This document shows positions 36,906 to 46,794 of a stretch of DNA of 64,000 bases, one piece after another. The DNA lies in IMG/VR virus record IMGVR_UViG_3300031965_000010, one strand, 5' to 3'. The first letter of the stretch is position 1; each line of letters starts with the position of its first letter. This DNA comes from an uncultured virus (IMG/VR IMGVR_UViG_3300031965_000010). Lineage: Duplodnaviria > Heunggongvirae > Uroviricota > Caudoviricetes. A program made the position numbers and the translations under genes. Under the pieces are notes generated by a model that saw only the letters and a list, made by a program, of their open reading frames with translations, was not told where the DNA came from and ran no database searches.

Positions 36906-38150
36906 ATGCCCGCCCGTCCCTCCCTTACTGCCGTCCCATCGACCCCCGCCGCTCCCTCGGCCGACGCGTCTCCCTTGCGAGCTTGGCTCACCTCAGCCGA
37001 GTCGCAATACCTGCAACGCGGTCCGGTGCTCCGCGCACTGGCGCTCGCGATGATCTGCGCCCGCCCCATAAACGTCTTGCTAGTCGGCCCTCCCGGCACG
37101 GCGAAAACCGCCATCTCTCACGCGTTCGCTAGTGCCTGCGGCGCGCGCTTCCTGGCCCGCACTCTCTCCCCTTGGACCGACGCCGCGGAATTGCTCGGTC
37201 CGGTTGACCTCGCTGCGCTGCAACGCGGGGAGCTGCAACGCGCGACGTCAATCACGCGCCCCACGCTCCTAGACGCGGACATGGTCCTAACCGACGAGCT
37301 TCCCCGCGCCTCGCCCGGCATCCGCGCGATGATGCTGTCCGCACTCTCTGACCGTCGCACACCATCGGACGACCCAGTGCCCGCGCACGTCATCGTGGCC
37401 GGTGCCAACACGCGGTTGACCTCCGAAGAGGACCGCGCGCTAGTCGATCGTTTCGCGCTGCGCGTCGAGGTTCCGCGGCTCATGTCGGCGCCAGATCTGC
37501 GTGCCGTGCTCACTCGGGAGGTCACCGTCAACGGCGCCCCCCAAACGTCCGCGGCGCTCCCCGCGCTCCCCGTTGGCCTCGTCGCCGCGCTGCGCGCACA
37601 CTCCGCTACCGTCGACCTCCCCGGCGACGTCGCCGACGCGTTGACCTCCCTTGCCTTGGCTCTGCGACAACCCGCGCCATCGGGCGCAAGCTATCCCGAC
37701 GTGTCAGAGCGCCGCTGGGTCCTCACAACGCGCGTACTCCAAGCGTCCGCCACGCTCTCCGACCGTTCCACCGTGGAATGGTCCGATCTGACCTCGACAC
37801 TGCCGATGATTCTCGACGACGGACCCGAGTCACGCGCCGCCGTTGCGAACGCAATCACAGCGTGCGTGCCGCGTTACGTGCGCGCTTTGGATGACCTCGA
37901 CGCCGCAATTACAACGGCGACCGAGCGCGCGCGCCGCGTCGGGGGTGTCGTCGACATCCGCCCCGGCGAAGCAGACGAGCACGCCAAACGCGCCGAGACA
38001 TTCGACGCGCTCCTATCCGCGCTACGCCCCTACGGCGCTTCCGTCATCGCGCAAGCCGAGGACCGTATCGAGCGCGGTAACGATGCCATCGACGCCGCGT
38101 ACGTCGACGGCGCGAACGCCTACAACGCAGCACGCAAGGCCCGCCGATGA
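36906..38150 (+). CDS. MoxR/RavA-family AAA+ ATPase
   Basis: VLLVGPPGTAKT, ELLGP, LTDE, ALVDRF, SERRW. Confidence 0.9.
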   Translation: MPARPSLTAVPSTPAAPSADASPLRAWLTSAESQYLQRGPVLRALALAMICARPINVLLVGPPGTAKTAISHAFASACGARFLARTLSPWTDAAELLGPVDLAALQRGELQRATSITRPTLLDADMVLTDELPRASPGIRAMMLSALSDRRTPSDDPVPAHVIVAGANTRLTSEEDRALVDRFALRVEVPRLMSAPDLRAVLTREVTVNGAPQTSAALPALPVGLVAALRAHSATVDLPGDVADALTSLALALRQPAPSGASYPDVSERRWVLTTRVLQASATLSDRSTVEWSDLTSTLPMILDDGPESRAAVANAITACVPRYVRALDDLDAAITTATERARRVGGVVDIRPGEADEHAKRAETFDALLSALRPYGASVIAQAEDRIERGNDAIDAAYVDGANAYNAARKARR

Positions 38151-39259
38151 CCGCTCACACGTCCGCCCCGTCCGCAACGTCCGCCACGAAAGGAACCGCC
38201 CCTATGAACGCCCCCGCAAAAACCACGTCCGCTAGCTCCGTCGTCGCCACGCTCGCCACCGTCGCCGCACACGTCGACCCCGCCACGTTTCACAAAGACA
38301 CGCCCCCCGGCGTCGCGGGCGTGCTCGTCTTCTTCGGACCCCCGTCAACGAAGCCCGCGCCGTCGACGATGCGCAACACGTTCGAGGATGCGATCGTTGG
38401 GCGCGCGCTCCCCGTCGACGCCACGCCCGCGATGCACGAACGCGCTAGCGCGTTCCTCGCCTCGCTCCCCGACGTCGTTAGCCCGGTCGCCGCGCTCGGT
38501 ATCGCCGTCAACCATGCGACGGACGGGAAATCGAAGTGGGTGCACAACCGCACGTTTCAAAAGGCGTCCCGGCACACCTACTGCGCCGCCAACGTCACGG
38601 CGGACACCGTGAGCATCCACGGCGCGGGAACGTGCGCGGAGGCATCCGCCGACGGCACCTTGACGATTGAATCCGGAGTGCCGCAAGCCATCGCGGACCG
38701 TCTCCGCGCCGCGTACCTCGCCGCGCGTGGCGTCGTCGAGACATCCCGCGTGTCCGCGCTGATCGCCGCGTACCTCACCAAAATGGGCGGCCGGGCGATC
38801 GGCTCCGCCGCGTACCTACTCCCATCGATCGACCCCGTCACGTGCGGCGTGCTCGCCGGTCTCTCTGACCTCGGGGGTTTCGCGTTGACCTACGCGGTCG
38901 CCGACCCCGCGCAAGTCGCCGCGCTCGCTGCGCCCGTCACCCAGTCAATCGAAGAGCAAATTGCCGACGTGACCGAGGCCGCGCGGCTCTTCGTTGAAAA
39001 GGCCCGCGACGTTGCGAACGGTGCGACCGTCGAGGTCACGACCGACGACGGCACGACGAAAACCCGCAACGTGTCGATCAAGTCGACCTCCATCGATACG
39101 CTGCGCGCGAACATTGAAAATGCCCGCAAGGCCGCGTCATTGTGGCGTGACCGTCTCCAGCTCGCGTCCCTCGACGTCGACGACGCCTTGACCGCGCTCG
39201 ACGCCGACGCCGACGCCGCATCCCGCGCCGCGCTCGAAGCCATGAAGGCCCGCAAGTAG
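38147..39259 (+). CDS. Hypothetical protein between the AAA and VWA genes
   Basis: Coupled 370-aa ORF. Confidence 0.75.
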   Translation: MTAHTSAPSATSATKGTAPMNAPAKTTSASSVVATLATVAAHVDPATFHKDTPPGVAGVLVFFGPPSTKPAPSTMRNTFEDAIVGRALPVDATPAMHERASAFLASLPDVVSPVAALGIAVNHATDGKSKWVHNRTFQKASRHTYCAANVTADTVSIHGAGTCAEASADGTLTIESGVPQAIADRLRAAYLAARGVVETSRVSALIAAYLTKMGGRAIGSAAYLLPSIDPVTCGVLAGLSDLGGFALTYAVADPAQVAALAAPVTQSIEEQIADVTEAARLFVEKARDVANGATVEVTTDDGTTKTRNVSIKSTSIDTLRANIENARKAASLWRDRLQLASLDVDDALTALDADADAASRAALEAMKARK

Positions 39260-39327
39260 CGCGCGCGACGCTCACGTCCTGCCCCCGTCCCTCGACGGGG
39301 TCACAGGTGAACGCCGCTCGGTTCCGT

Positions 39328-39361
39328 CCGTCCCGTCCCGTCCCGTCCCGTCCCGTCCCGT
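39328..39361. repeat. (CCGTC)n pentanucleotide microsatellite
   Basis: About 7 copies, just upstream of the VWA gene SD. Confidence 0.9.
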
Positions 39362-39379
39362 TTCCCTCCAGAGGTTCCC

Positions 39380-40903
39380 ATGTCCGCACCCCTTGACCCC
39401 CGCGTCGCCCGCCTTGAATCCGCATCCGACCCCGCGCCGTCCGCGCACGAGCGCGGACCCGTGGCGCGTCTCCAATGGCGCCATGGCCTCGACGTTGACG
39501 TCGACCTCGCACGCGTCACCGTCGACACGCCCGCCGTGCCCATGGAATGGTCCGCGCTCCTCGCCGAAACACACGCGGCGCTCCTCGATCCGACGGGCCT
39601 GCGTTCGCTCGACCGACCCTCGCCGATCGGCGTGTCCGTGACGGATTCCCTTCGCGCTGCGCCCGCGTGGCAAGGGCTCGCCGACGCCGCACGCTCGCAC
39701 CCGCTCATCGCCCGCGAGGCCGTTGTGCAGCTCGCCGACGTCGTCAAGGGCGCGCTATTGAAAGCCGGGGCGCGTTCCGCCACGGACGCCCGCCGTTCCC
39801 TCGCTGACCTCGACGCCGCACGCGCCGCCCTTGAACGCGCACGCGCCGCGCAGAAGGCCGCGCAAGGCGACACATCACCGGAAGGCCGGAAGGCGCTCCG
39901 CGAAGCACTCAAGGCCGCCACGGACGCGCAAGCGGCCGAGGAACGCGCGCACGGCGCGGTCAACGCGGACGCCGCGATTGCGCAACGTACGGGCGATGCA
40001 CTCGACGAGGCCGGCGACGCTATCGCCGCAATCGCGCAAGCCGCGCAAGGTCGCGCCGACGCCGCGCACGCTTTTTCGAACGCGTGCGGGTCCGGGGTCG
40101 GCGTCGGCGGTACGGCCCCGCTCGCGGATGACGTCGTAAAGGCCCTTACTCCCGAGGTCGCCGCGATGCTCCGCGCCGTGGGCGCCATCCGCAAGGCACT
40201 CCAAGCGGGACGCGCAGCGCGCCACGTGCGAGGCCGGGAAGGAATGGTGGGCGTCACTCAGGGAGGAATCGAGCACGCCGCAGATCTGACCTCGCTGGCC
40301 CTCGCTGGCCTTGCTGGACACCTTGGCTCCCCGATGGCTGCTTTGACGCGCCTCGCGCTCGTTGAGAGTCGCGCCGACGTCGTCGAAAAGGGCGGCGGGC
40401 TCGCACGCAACGGTGACGTGATCGTAGTCGTCGATCAGTCCGGGTCGATGGAAGGCCCCCGCGCCTTGTGGGCCGGTGCGCTCGCGCTCGCGGTCCTCCT
40501 CGAAGCTCGCGCCGACGGTAGAACCGCCGCGCTCGTCACGTTTGACACTCACGTGCGCGCTTCGATCGTCGTCGATTCACCCGATAGCCTCGCTCGTGCC
40601 GTCGTCGCGTTGTCCGTACAATCCGACGGCGGAACCGGACTACGCGCGGCATTGTCCGAGGCGTGCGCCGTGCTCGGTCGCATGCCCCACGGGGGAGACC
40701 CCGCCGATGCGCTGTTGATCACGGACGGTGGATGGGACGCCGACGCGTTGCAAGGATGGCCGGACCGCGCCCGCCTGCGTGGCTGTTTCATCGGTGGCAG
40801 CGCACCGACCGGCAGCACGTTCGCGTCCACGTGGGAAGTCCGCGCAACGGAAGGGGTGGACGCGGAAGCGCTCGCCGTCGAGATTGCGTCTGTAATCGTC
40901 TAA
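39380..40903 (+). CDS. ViaA-like von Willebrand A domain protein
   Basis: MIDAS DQSGSM...GGT...LITDG. Confidence 0.9.
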   Translation: MSAPLDPRVARLESASDPAPSAHERGPVARLQWRHGLDVDVDLARVTVDTPAVPMEWSALLAETHAALLDPTGLRSLDRPSPIGVSVTDSLRAAPAWQGLADAARSHPLIAREAVVQLADVVKGALLKAGARSATDARRSLADLDAARAALERARAAQKAAQGDTSPEGRKALREALKAATDAQAAEERAHGAVNADAAIAQRTGDALDEAGDAIAAIAQAAQGRADAAHAFSNACGSGVGVGGTAPLADDVVKALTPEVAAMLRAVGAIRKALQAGRAARHVRGREGMVGVTQGGIEHAADLTSLALAGLAGHLGSPMAALTRLALVESRADVVEKGGGLARNGDVIVVVDQSGSMEGPRALWAGALALAVLLEARADGRTAALVTFDTHVRASIVVDSPDSLARAVVALSVQSDGGTGLRAALSEACAVLGRMPHGGDPADALLITDGGWDADALQGWPDRARLRGCFIGGSAPTGSTFASTWEVRATEGVDAEALAVEIASVIV

Positions 40904-40961
40904 CTGTCAGTAACCGCCCCGCCGTGACGTCGTCACGGTGGGCAATCGAAGGGAGGCAAAC

Positions 40962-41279
40962 ATGACTGAACCATCCACTAGCCCGACGTGTATCAAGTGC
41001 GGCGGAACCGTCCTGTCCAAGGGTCGTGGTTGTTCGCGCGCCTGCGACGCGCACACCTACGGCGCAGGGTGGTCCGATGTCACTGCAAACATTCACACCG
41101 TCGACGGTCCGGGGATTCCCCTCTACCGCGTGACGCTCGACGTGCGCGACGTCGGGGTTTTCGCCTACCGTCCGATCAAGTCGATCGACGCGGCTACCGC
41201 CATCGCTAAACATGCCGTCGCCGCGAGCCCTTACGATCTCTCCATGATGCTCTGCTCGAAAGGATGGCGGAAACAATGA
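40962..41279 (+). CDS. Hypothetical protein
   Basis: GGGAGG SD; CxxC. Confidence 0.6.
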   Translation: MTEPSTSPTCIKCGGTVLSKGRGCSRACDAHTYGAGWSDVTANIHTVDGPGIPLYRVTLDVRDVGVFAYRPIKSIDAATAIAKHAVAASPYDLSMMLCSKGWRKQ

Positions 41280-41659
41280 AGACGACAACGCCGACAACGC
41301 CGACAACGACGACAACGACGATTCACAGCAACGGGTCTAAATGGGCTGGCGAAGAGCCCAACTCCCTAGAGACTCTCTTTGAAAATCTCGAACGCTACAC
41401 GCTCGATTCTGTTTTTGAGGATTACGGAAATTTCGCTCACATGGTCGCGGGTCGCGCCTACTTCTTCGGCAACTTTGCAGATCTTAGCGGGGTGTTCCGC
41501 CTCGACACCAACGATCCCGCCTTGATCAAACGCCTCACCAAAGCCATCCGCGCGAACCAAGCAACGCCCCGCTACGCCGAGGAGAAGCGCGCGAGGCTCG
41601 CCCGCCACGCGGCTTTACTGGAACACGAAGCCACCATGAGAAAAAGGAACGCGCGATGA
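41276..41659 (+). CDS. Hypothetical protein
   Basis: Coupled ORF. Confidence 0.65.
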   Translation: MKTTTPTTPTTTTTTIHSNGSKWAGEEPNSLETLFENLERYTLDSVFEDYGNFAHMVAGRAYFFGNFADLSGVFRLDTNDPALIKRLTKAIRANQATPRYAEEKRARLARHAALLEHEATMRKRNAR

Positions 41660-42099
41660 AAGACCACACGACGAGCGACCCCACGACGAGCAACCCCACG
41701 ACGAGCAACCTCACAGACCGCGCTATAGAAATTCTCAAACGCACGCGCGACGGCGACGACCTGTCCGGGGACCACCTGTACCTCGTACAGGAAGCGGTCA
41801 ACGGGAACCTTTCGAACCTCGGTCTAAAAGCGTTCGCCGAGCTGCACGCGCGTGTCACGTCCGGCGACTACGTGCGCCCGTGGCTACACGACATCGAGCA
41901 CCTCACCAAAAATCAAGACGGTTACGTTTTTTGGAAGGGTCACGAGGTCGAGCACTTCTCTTTTCGGAACCGCGACGAAGAAAGGAAAGCCGCTGAAGAG
42001 CTTGCACGCCGTTGCCGCGTCATTGAATCACGCGGCGAAATCCCGAATACGTCTAACGCCGTGTGGCGCTGGACCGAGCCGACGGAGACCGCGCAATGA
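41656..42099 (+). CDS. Hypothetical protein
   Basis: Coupled ORF. Confidence 0.7.
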   Translation: MKDHTTSDPTTSNPTTSNLTDRAIEILKRTRDGDDLSGDHLYLVQEAVNGNLSNLGLKAFAELHARVTSGDYVRPWLHDIEHLTKNQDGYVFWKGHEVEHFSFRNRDEERKAAEELARRCRVIESRGEIPNTSNAVWRWTEPTETAQ

Positions 42100-42413
42100 C
42101 TGAACCAACTGAACCAACCGAACCGACCGCTACCGTGCACCACCTCGCAACCCGCGCTTCGATCTTCGCCTACTACACGAGCGAGCCTCACCCTTCGACG
42201 TGGTCGAAAACGCAAATCGCTAACACGATGTCTCGAACCATGTGCGGCATTCCCGCAATCAAACACGGCGAACCCGTGCCCGTCGGTGAGCACTCCGACC
42301 AATGGGGGCACGTCACGTGCGCCGCGTGCTGGCGCATCAAGCGCAACTGTGACGAGGTACGCGCTAAAGGATGGGCCGGAAAAGCAATCCGTGACGTGCC
42401 GGTGCATCGATGA
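42096..42413 (+). CDS. Hypothetical protein
   Basis: Coupled ORF; H..CG..VTCAAC zinc motif. Confidence 0.6.
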   Translation: MTEPTEPTEPTATVHHLATRASIFAYYTSEPHPSTWSKTQIANTMSRTMCGIPAIKHGEPVPVGEHSDQWGHVTCAACWRIKRNCDEVRAKGWAGKAIRDVPVHR

Positions 42414-42817
42414 CCGCCCCGAAACTATACGTCGTCGGTTTCGTCCCGCTCACCAACGACGACACGCGCATCACTAACCTCGTTGTGACCGGCATCGGTG
42501 AGCGCGTGCTCGTCCGCGACCTCTCTACCAACTGCAAGCCGCACGCGTTCAAGCATCGCGAGGCCGCTTCGATCATCCTCGCACGTGCTCGCGTGCAGCA
42601 TCCCGAATGCGGCGACTCGTGGCACATCGTCGGAACCTCCGAGCTGCGCGCACTTCAAGGGCTACCACCAACGCGAAAGAAGCGCGCGCCCGACGTCAAG
42701 TACACGCACGCCGACCACATTCACGCAGCCGACGAAAAGGCGGACTCGACCACGAAACGCCACTTAACGGTGCTGGTACGCGATCGGGGAGACGAAACAA
42801 TCCAAACGAGCACCTAA
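42410..42817 (+). CDS. Hypothetical protein
   Basis: Coupled ORF. Confidence 0.55.
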   Translation: MTAPKLYVVGFVPLTNDDTRITNLVVTGIGERVLVRDLSTNCKPHAFKHREAASIILARARVQHPECGDSWHIVGTSELRALQGLPPTRKKRAPDVKYTHADHIHAADEKADSTTKRHLTVLVRDRGDETIQTST

Positions 42818-42878
42818 TCCTGACACCCTTCTGGCACGACAACGACACCACCAACGAAGACGACTAAAGGACCGATAA

Positions 42879-43451
42879 ATGACCCGACGTACACCGAGAG
42901 CGCTCATCATTCCCGCTGACACAGGACCGTTTCGCGGTTCGATCCGCTTCAACCCCACCGGCTCCCTCTACCGCTACGGCACCGACGACACGGGGCTTTA
43001 TAGAAACCCCGTCGAGCGCGAAGGCGTCGTAAAGTTTGTCGCGCGAGCGTTCATTGGCTTCAACGTCGGCAAAGCTCCGCGCTGGAAGCTCGACGAGATT
43101 ATCTCCATGTACGAAGACCTTCGCCTTGAACAAGGCGAAAGCCCCGACGCGACATTCTTCGTCACGAAAGGTCTCTACACGTCGAACGTCGATGGCTCGC
43201 TCGTCCGCGAGGACGGATGCCAGATCCTCACGTTTCAATTCGGCGGACAACGCGCGGCGTTCGAAAACCAAATGGCCGAGCTGTACGAGAAACTCGTTGC
43301 GATGCTCGATCAAGAAGTCATCTACGTAGAGCTTCAGAAAAACGGCATCCCTTACGAAGTCTTCAAGGTCACGCCACCGAAAAGAATCGTGAGACGTCCA
43401 CGTAAAAAAACACCCTCGAAGACGCACACGAAAGGAAGGAACCGCAAATGA
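42879..43451 (+). CDS. Hypothetical protein
   Basis: AAAGGA SD; 190 aa; basic tail. Confidence 0.7.
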   Translation: MTRRTPRALIIPADTGPFRGSIRFNPTGSLYRYGTDDTGLYRNPVEREGVVKFVARAFIGFNVGKAPRWKLDEIISMYEDLRLEQGESPDATFFVTKGLYTSNVDGSLVREDGCQILTFQFGGQRAAFENQMAELYEKLVAMLDQEVIYVELQKNGIPYEVFKVTPPKRIVRRPRKKTPSKTHTKGRNRK

Positions 43452-43990
43452 CCGCTTCACACACCGTCCGAACAGCGCTCATCAACGACCTCATCGAACA
43501 CGTCAAAGAAGTCGCTCACGACGTCGCGTCCTCAGAAGAACACAACATCATGGCGTTCATCGTCCCCGGCGCTGCGGCGGGACTGCCTGATGGTGCAGTG
43601 CTTCCAGTGATGCCCGAAGCCATGCCAGACGAAAACGCCAAAGAGCTTTTCACGCAATTCCTTCGCGCTACCTCGAAAGACCTTTGCGCTGACGCCGTCA
43701 TCGTGGTCATGGAAGCTTACATATCGTTCCTACGTACGGAGGACGTTGCCCGCGACGATCGCGACCTGCACACGCAAATGCGCACTTCACCCACCCGACA
43801 AGAAACACTCATTTGCTCCGTCGAAAGGAAGCTCGGCGCGACCACGTTCTACTATGCACCGATCGGAGTCGACGGCGGCATCGGCGCTCGACGCGTCGGA
43901 CCCTTCGTTGAAATGCCGACCGGTATCAGCACCGTCGAAAGCATCCTTACACTCAAGTCCACCATCGCAGCGGCGAAAGGAACCCAATGA
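43448..43990 (+). CDS. Hypothetical protein
   Basis: Coupled ORF; ADAVIVVMEAY. Confidence 0.7.
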   Translation: MTASHTVRTALINDLIEHVKEVAHDVASSEEHNIMAFIVPGAAAGLPDGAVLPVMPEAMPDENAKELFTQFLRATSKDLCADAVIVVMEAYISFLRTEDVARDDRDLHTQMRTSPTRQETLICSVERKLGATTFYYAPIGVDGGIGARRVGPFVEMPTGISTVESILTLKSTIAAAKGTQ

Positions 43991-44175
43991 CACGACCTCG
44001 AATCACCAAAGAGATTCTCGACGGAATCATCACCGCAACATCCCTCTACCTCGCCGATCCTCCGGACTGTGGGTGCGAATCCGGACCTGAGTTTGACGAG
44101 CAAGAGAAAGACCTCCGAGCTGTCGAAGCCGCCGACTATTGGGCACGTACGACACGTGAATCGAGGGGGAAATGA
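43987..44175 (+). CDS. Hypothetical protein
   Basis: Coupled ORF. Confidence 0.6.
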   Translation: MTRPRITKEILDGIITATSLYLADPPDCGCESGPEFDEQEKDLRAVEAADYWARTTRESRGK

Positions 44176-44471
44176 TCGTCTACGAAGTAGAAAAAAACAT
44201 CGTATGGGAAAAATGGTCCCGCATAGATCTCGGCGACGAAATCCATCATAGCCCGTTCGGTATGCTCCGCGATGAATCCACCGCGCTCGCGGTCGCTGCG
44301 CTGCTGAACGAAGCCGTCGCGCGTCGCGCGCCACCGTTTCAAAAAGACGTTCGCGCTGCTGTCGTGGAGCGCGTTGCAAACCATGATTTCCAACCCAACA
44401 CCTCCACGAACGGCGCTAGATTCTGTAGCTGCGGGGGCACTCGCGCCGACCACTACCGGGTGAAGCCGTGA
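44172..44471 (+). CDS. Hypothetical protein
   Basis: Coupled ORF. Confidence 0.6.
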   Translation: MIVYEVEKNIVWEKWSRIDLGDEIHHSPFGMLRDESTALAVAALLNEAVARRAPPFQKDVRAAVVERVANHDFQPNTSTNGARFCSCGGTRADHYRVKP

Positions 44472-45148
44472 CGCGCGCGAAATCCCGTTCGCACATTCCT
44501 CTCCGCTGGCCCGACGGTTGGGACCGCTCCACATACCCACGCGAGGGAAATTTCTCAGGCGATCGCACGCTGACTCAAGCCGTGCGCGAGCTGTACGAAG
44601 AGCTTTCCCGAAAGGACTCCTCCGGAAAAAGCTTCGCACGCGACATCGAAATCACGTGCGCCGACGGAACCGCGAACCCTACGCGGCACATCGACTCGGG
44701 CGCGGCCGTGTATTTCACGCGACCGTCGCCGGACGGGCCGGAGGACCAACACGTCGTTTTGGCTTGTGACAAGTGGCGCGACCCGGCGCACAACGTCTGG
44801 GCGCTCGTGCTGCACGTGCGGGCGCTTCGAGGTCTCTTGCGTTGGGGCGTCGGCACGACGTCGCAGGCGTTCGCCGGTTACGTCGCGCTTCCACCATCTC
44901 CCGACGCAGCTCCGTACGTGCCTCCGCCCGAAGGGACGCCCGACGCGCTCGTCTATGGCGGTCCGTGGTGGGAAATGCTCGGGTTCAGATTCAAACCGAA
45001 AGGGATCGAAGACGTCGACGCTGCGTACAAAAACCTCGCGAGAAAGGTCCATCCTGACGTCGGCGGCAGCGAAACACTCATGCAAAACCTCAACGTCGCG
45101 CGGGACGAAGCTCTCACGGCGCTCGGGAGACAATCGTCCACCGGGTGA
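44468..45148 (+). CDS. Phage J-domain (DnaJ-like) protein
   Basis: VDAAYKNLARKVHPDVGGS...LNVARDEA; N-terminal PLRWPDGW. Confidence 0.85.
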   Translation: MTRAKSRSHIPLRWPDGWDRSTYPREGNFSGDRTLTQAVRELYEELSRKDSSGKSFARDIEITCADGTANPTRHIDSGAAVYFTRPSPDGPEDQHVVLACDKWRDPAHNVWALVLHVRALRGLLRWGVGTTSQAFAGYVALPPSPDAAPYVPPPEGTPDALVYGGPWWEMLGFRFKPKGIEDVDAAYKNLARKVHPDVGGSETLMQNLNVARDEALTALGRQSSTG

Positions 45149-45246
45149 TTTCTCGTTGCTTCGCTGAAAACCGTGTTGCTACACTACCGCTCTCCGCAAT
45201 CATTCACGTCCGCGCCATCGGCGCCCCGAACAAAAAGGAATCCAAA

Positions 45247-46221
45247 ATGGGTGGTCACGCTCTCTCGCACAAACGTGCCGAACACTTCCTTATCCCGCCA
45301 GCAAACCTCGTCATCATCGGCTTCGACACAAAACACGTTCAGGGTGAACACCCACTCTGGCGCGCTGACTGTAAGAACGAAGCGAACGCGGACCTCGTCA
45401 ACTCCATCCGCAAACACGGCATCATCCAACCAATTCGCGCGAGGAAGCTCCCGAAGTCCGACGCCATCGAAAGCGAGCACCTCTCCCTATCCGGTGATGA
45501 ATACGCCGAAGTCGTCGTCGGACGCGAGCGAGTCAAAGCTGCGCGCGTTCTCGCTGACGAAGGTCTCAACATCCTCGTTCCGGCGTTGCTGTGGCCTGTC
45601 GGCGCTCCGGTCGGGGAAATCATCGGCGCCGCAAACGCTGAAAACTACCAGCGCAAAACCGAAGGCGTCGTCGCTGTTGCCGAGCACGTCTACATGCAGC
45701 TCCGCGCCGAGGGTTACTTCGACGGAAACGAGCGCGACGCCTTAAAAGGTGTCGCAGTGTCGACCGGCTTTTCCGTGCAGCGCATTCGCAACCTGCTCGC
45801 GTTCCGTGAAGACGAACGACTCGTGCGTGAAGTCCGCGCCTGTCACATCGGAGGCGAAGCGGCGCTCGCCATCGCCACGCTCCCGGAGAAAGAGCGCGGC
45901 GAACAGCTCGCGAAAGTGCTCGCAGATCCTACGAACGCTACGATCGAACAGGTACGCGAGCGTGTTAGATACGCGAAAGCCGCGATCCCCGACGGAAAGA
46001 CGAACGGAAAGAACGGCCACGTCGGCACGAAAGAAGGTGGCGTATCGTCACTCGGCATCTCCAAACCGCTCCAGAAACGAATCGTCGAAGCGCAATCCGC
46101 GCTGTCGTCGAACGAGCGTCTCGACCCCCTCGTCATCAAAACCCTGAAAGTCTGCGCCGGACTCGCCTCTCCTTCCACCGTGCCTGGACTCACGAAAGCA
46201 CTCAAAGCGTTGGGACTCTGA
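45247..46221 (+). CDS. ParB/Srx-like N-terminal domain protein with HTH
   Basis: LVNSIRKHGIIQPI...VVVGRERVKAA...AENYQR; upstream TTGCTT-N18-TACACT. Confidence 0.8.
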   Translation: MGGHALSHKRAEHFLIPPANLVIIGFDTKHVQGEHPLWRADCKNEANADLVNSIRKHGIIQPIRARKLPKSDAIESEHLSLSGDEYAEVVVGRERVKAARVLADEGLNILVPALLWPVGAPVGEIIGAANAENYQRKTEGVVAVAEHVYMQLRAEGYFDGNERDALKGVAVSTGFSVQRIRNLLAFREDERLVREVRACHIGGEAALAIATLPEKERGEQLAKVLADPTNATIEQVRERVRYAKAAIPDGKTNGKNGHVGTKEGGVSSLGISKPLQKRIVEAQSALSSNERLDPLVIKTLKVCAGLASPSTVPGLTKALKALGL

Positions 46222-46222
46222 C

Positions 46223-46522
46223 ATGCCCTTCAAAATCGAATGCGACGAATGCGGATGGGCTGGAGAAATCCACACGGCGGAATGCTCGCAAGGAACCTAC
46301 GTCAACCAGGATGACGTCGTCATCTACAGCGCTGCAATCACCGAAGAGAACGACGTCCCTCGCGTGTGGTTCTCTGCGAACCCGTTCGATCCGCACGAAA
46401 CACCAGAAAAGGGATTTGGATTTTCGCTAGTGGACGAGGGAGACCTTCAAACCGAAGACGTCGCAAGACTCGAACGTCATCACGACATTCCTCCACCAAT
46501 GCGGAAAACGGTGGAGACATGA
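46223..46522 (+). CDS. Hypothetical protein
   Basis: ORF adjacent to the ParB-like gene. Confidence 0.6.
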   Translation: MPFKIECDECGWAGEIHTAECSQGTYVNQDDVVIYSAAITEENDVPRVWFSANPFDPHETPEKGFGFSLVDEGDLQTEDVARLERHHDIPPPMRKTVET

Positions 46523-46794
46523 AAATCAAAGTCACCATTCCACTCTCCCTTGAAGTCGAGGTGGACCTTTCTCCGCTCGCCGACAAAGTAAAGCTCGACA
46601 AAGTAAAGCTCGACGAACTCGCCAAGGTCGCTGAGACTGCCGCAGATCTGCTCGTCGCTACGATCGGCCTGTCCTCATCACACGCGGTAACCGACAGCGT
46701 TCACTTGGACGGTTTCGGCAAAGTGCTCGTCACCTACGACGTCAGTGACAGCTACCTCGCGGGAACGCCGAAGGCGTCCCAGGTGTCCAAATGA
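46519..46794 (+). CDS. Hypothetical protein
   Basis: Coupled ORF MKIKVTIP. Confidence 0.6.
   Translation: MKIKVTIPLSLEVEVDLSPLADKVKLDKVKLDELAKVAETAADLLVATIGLSSSHAVTDSVHLDGFGKVLVTYDVSDSYLAGTPKASQVSK

Noticed and set aside
36906..38150. AAA ATPase as genome-packaging motor
   Set aside because: Motifs and VWA partner identify it as MoxR/RavA, and it lies in the early region
42879..43451. Phage SAM-lyase/PII-like assignment
   Set aside because: Only a vague GLY...E...LDQE pattern; not supportable without a profile search
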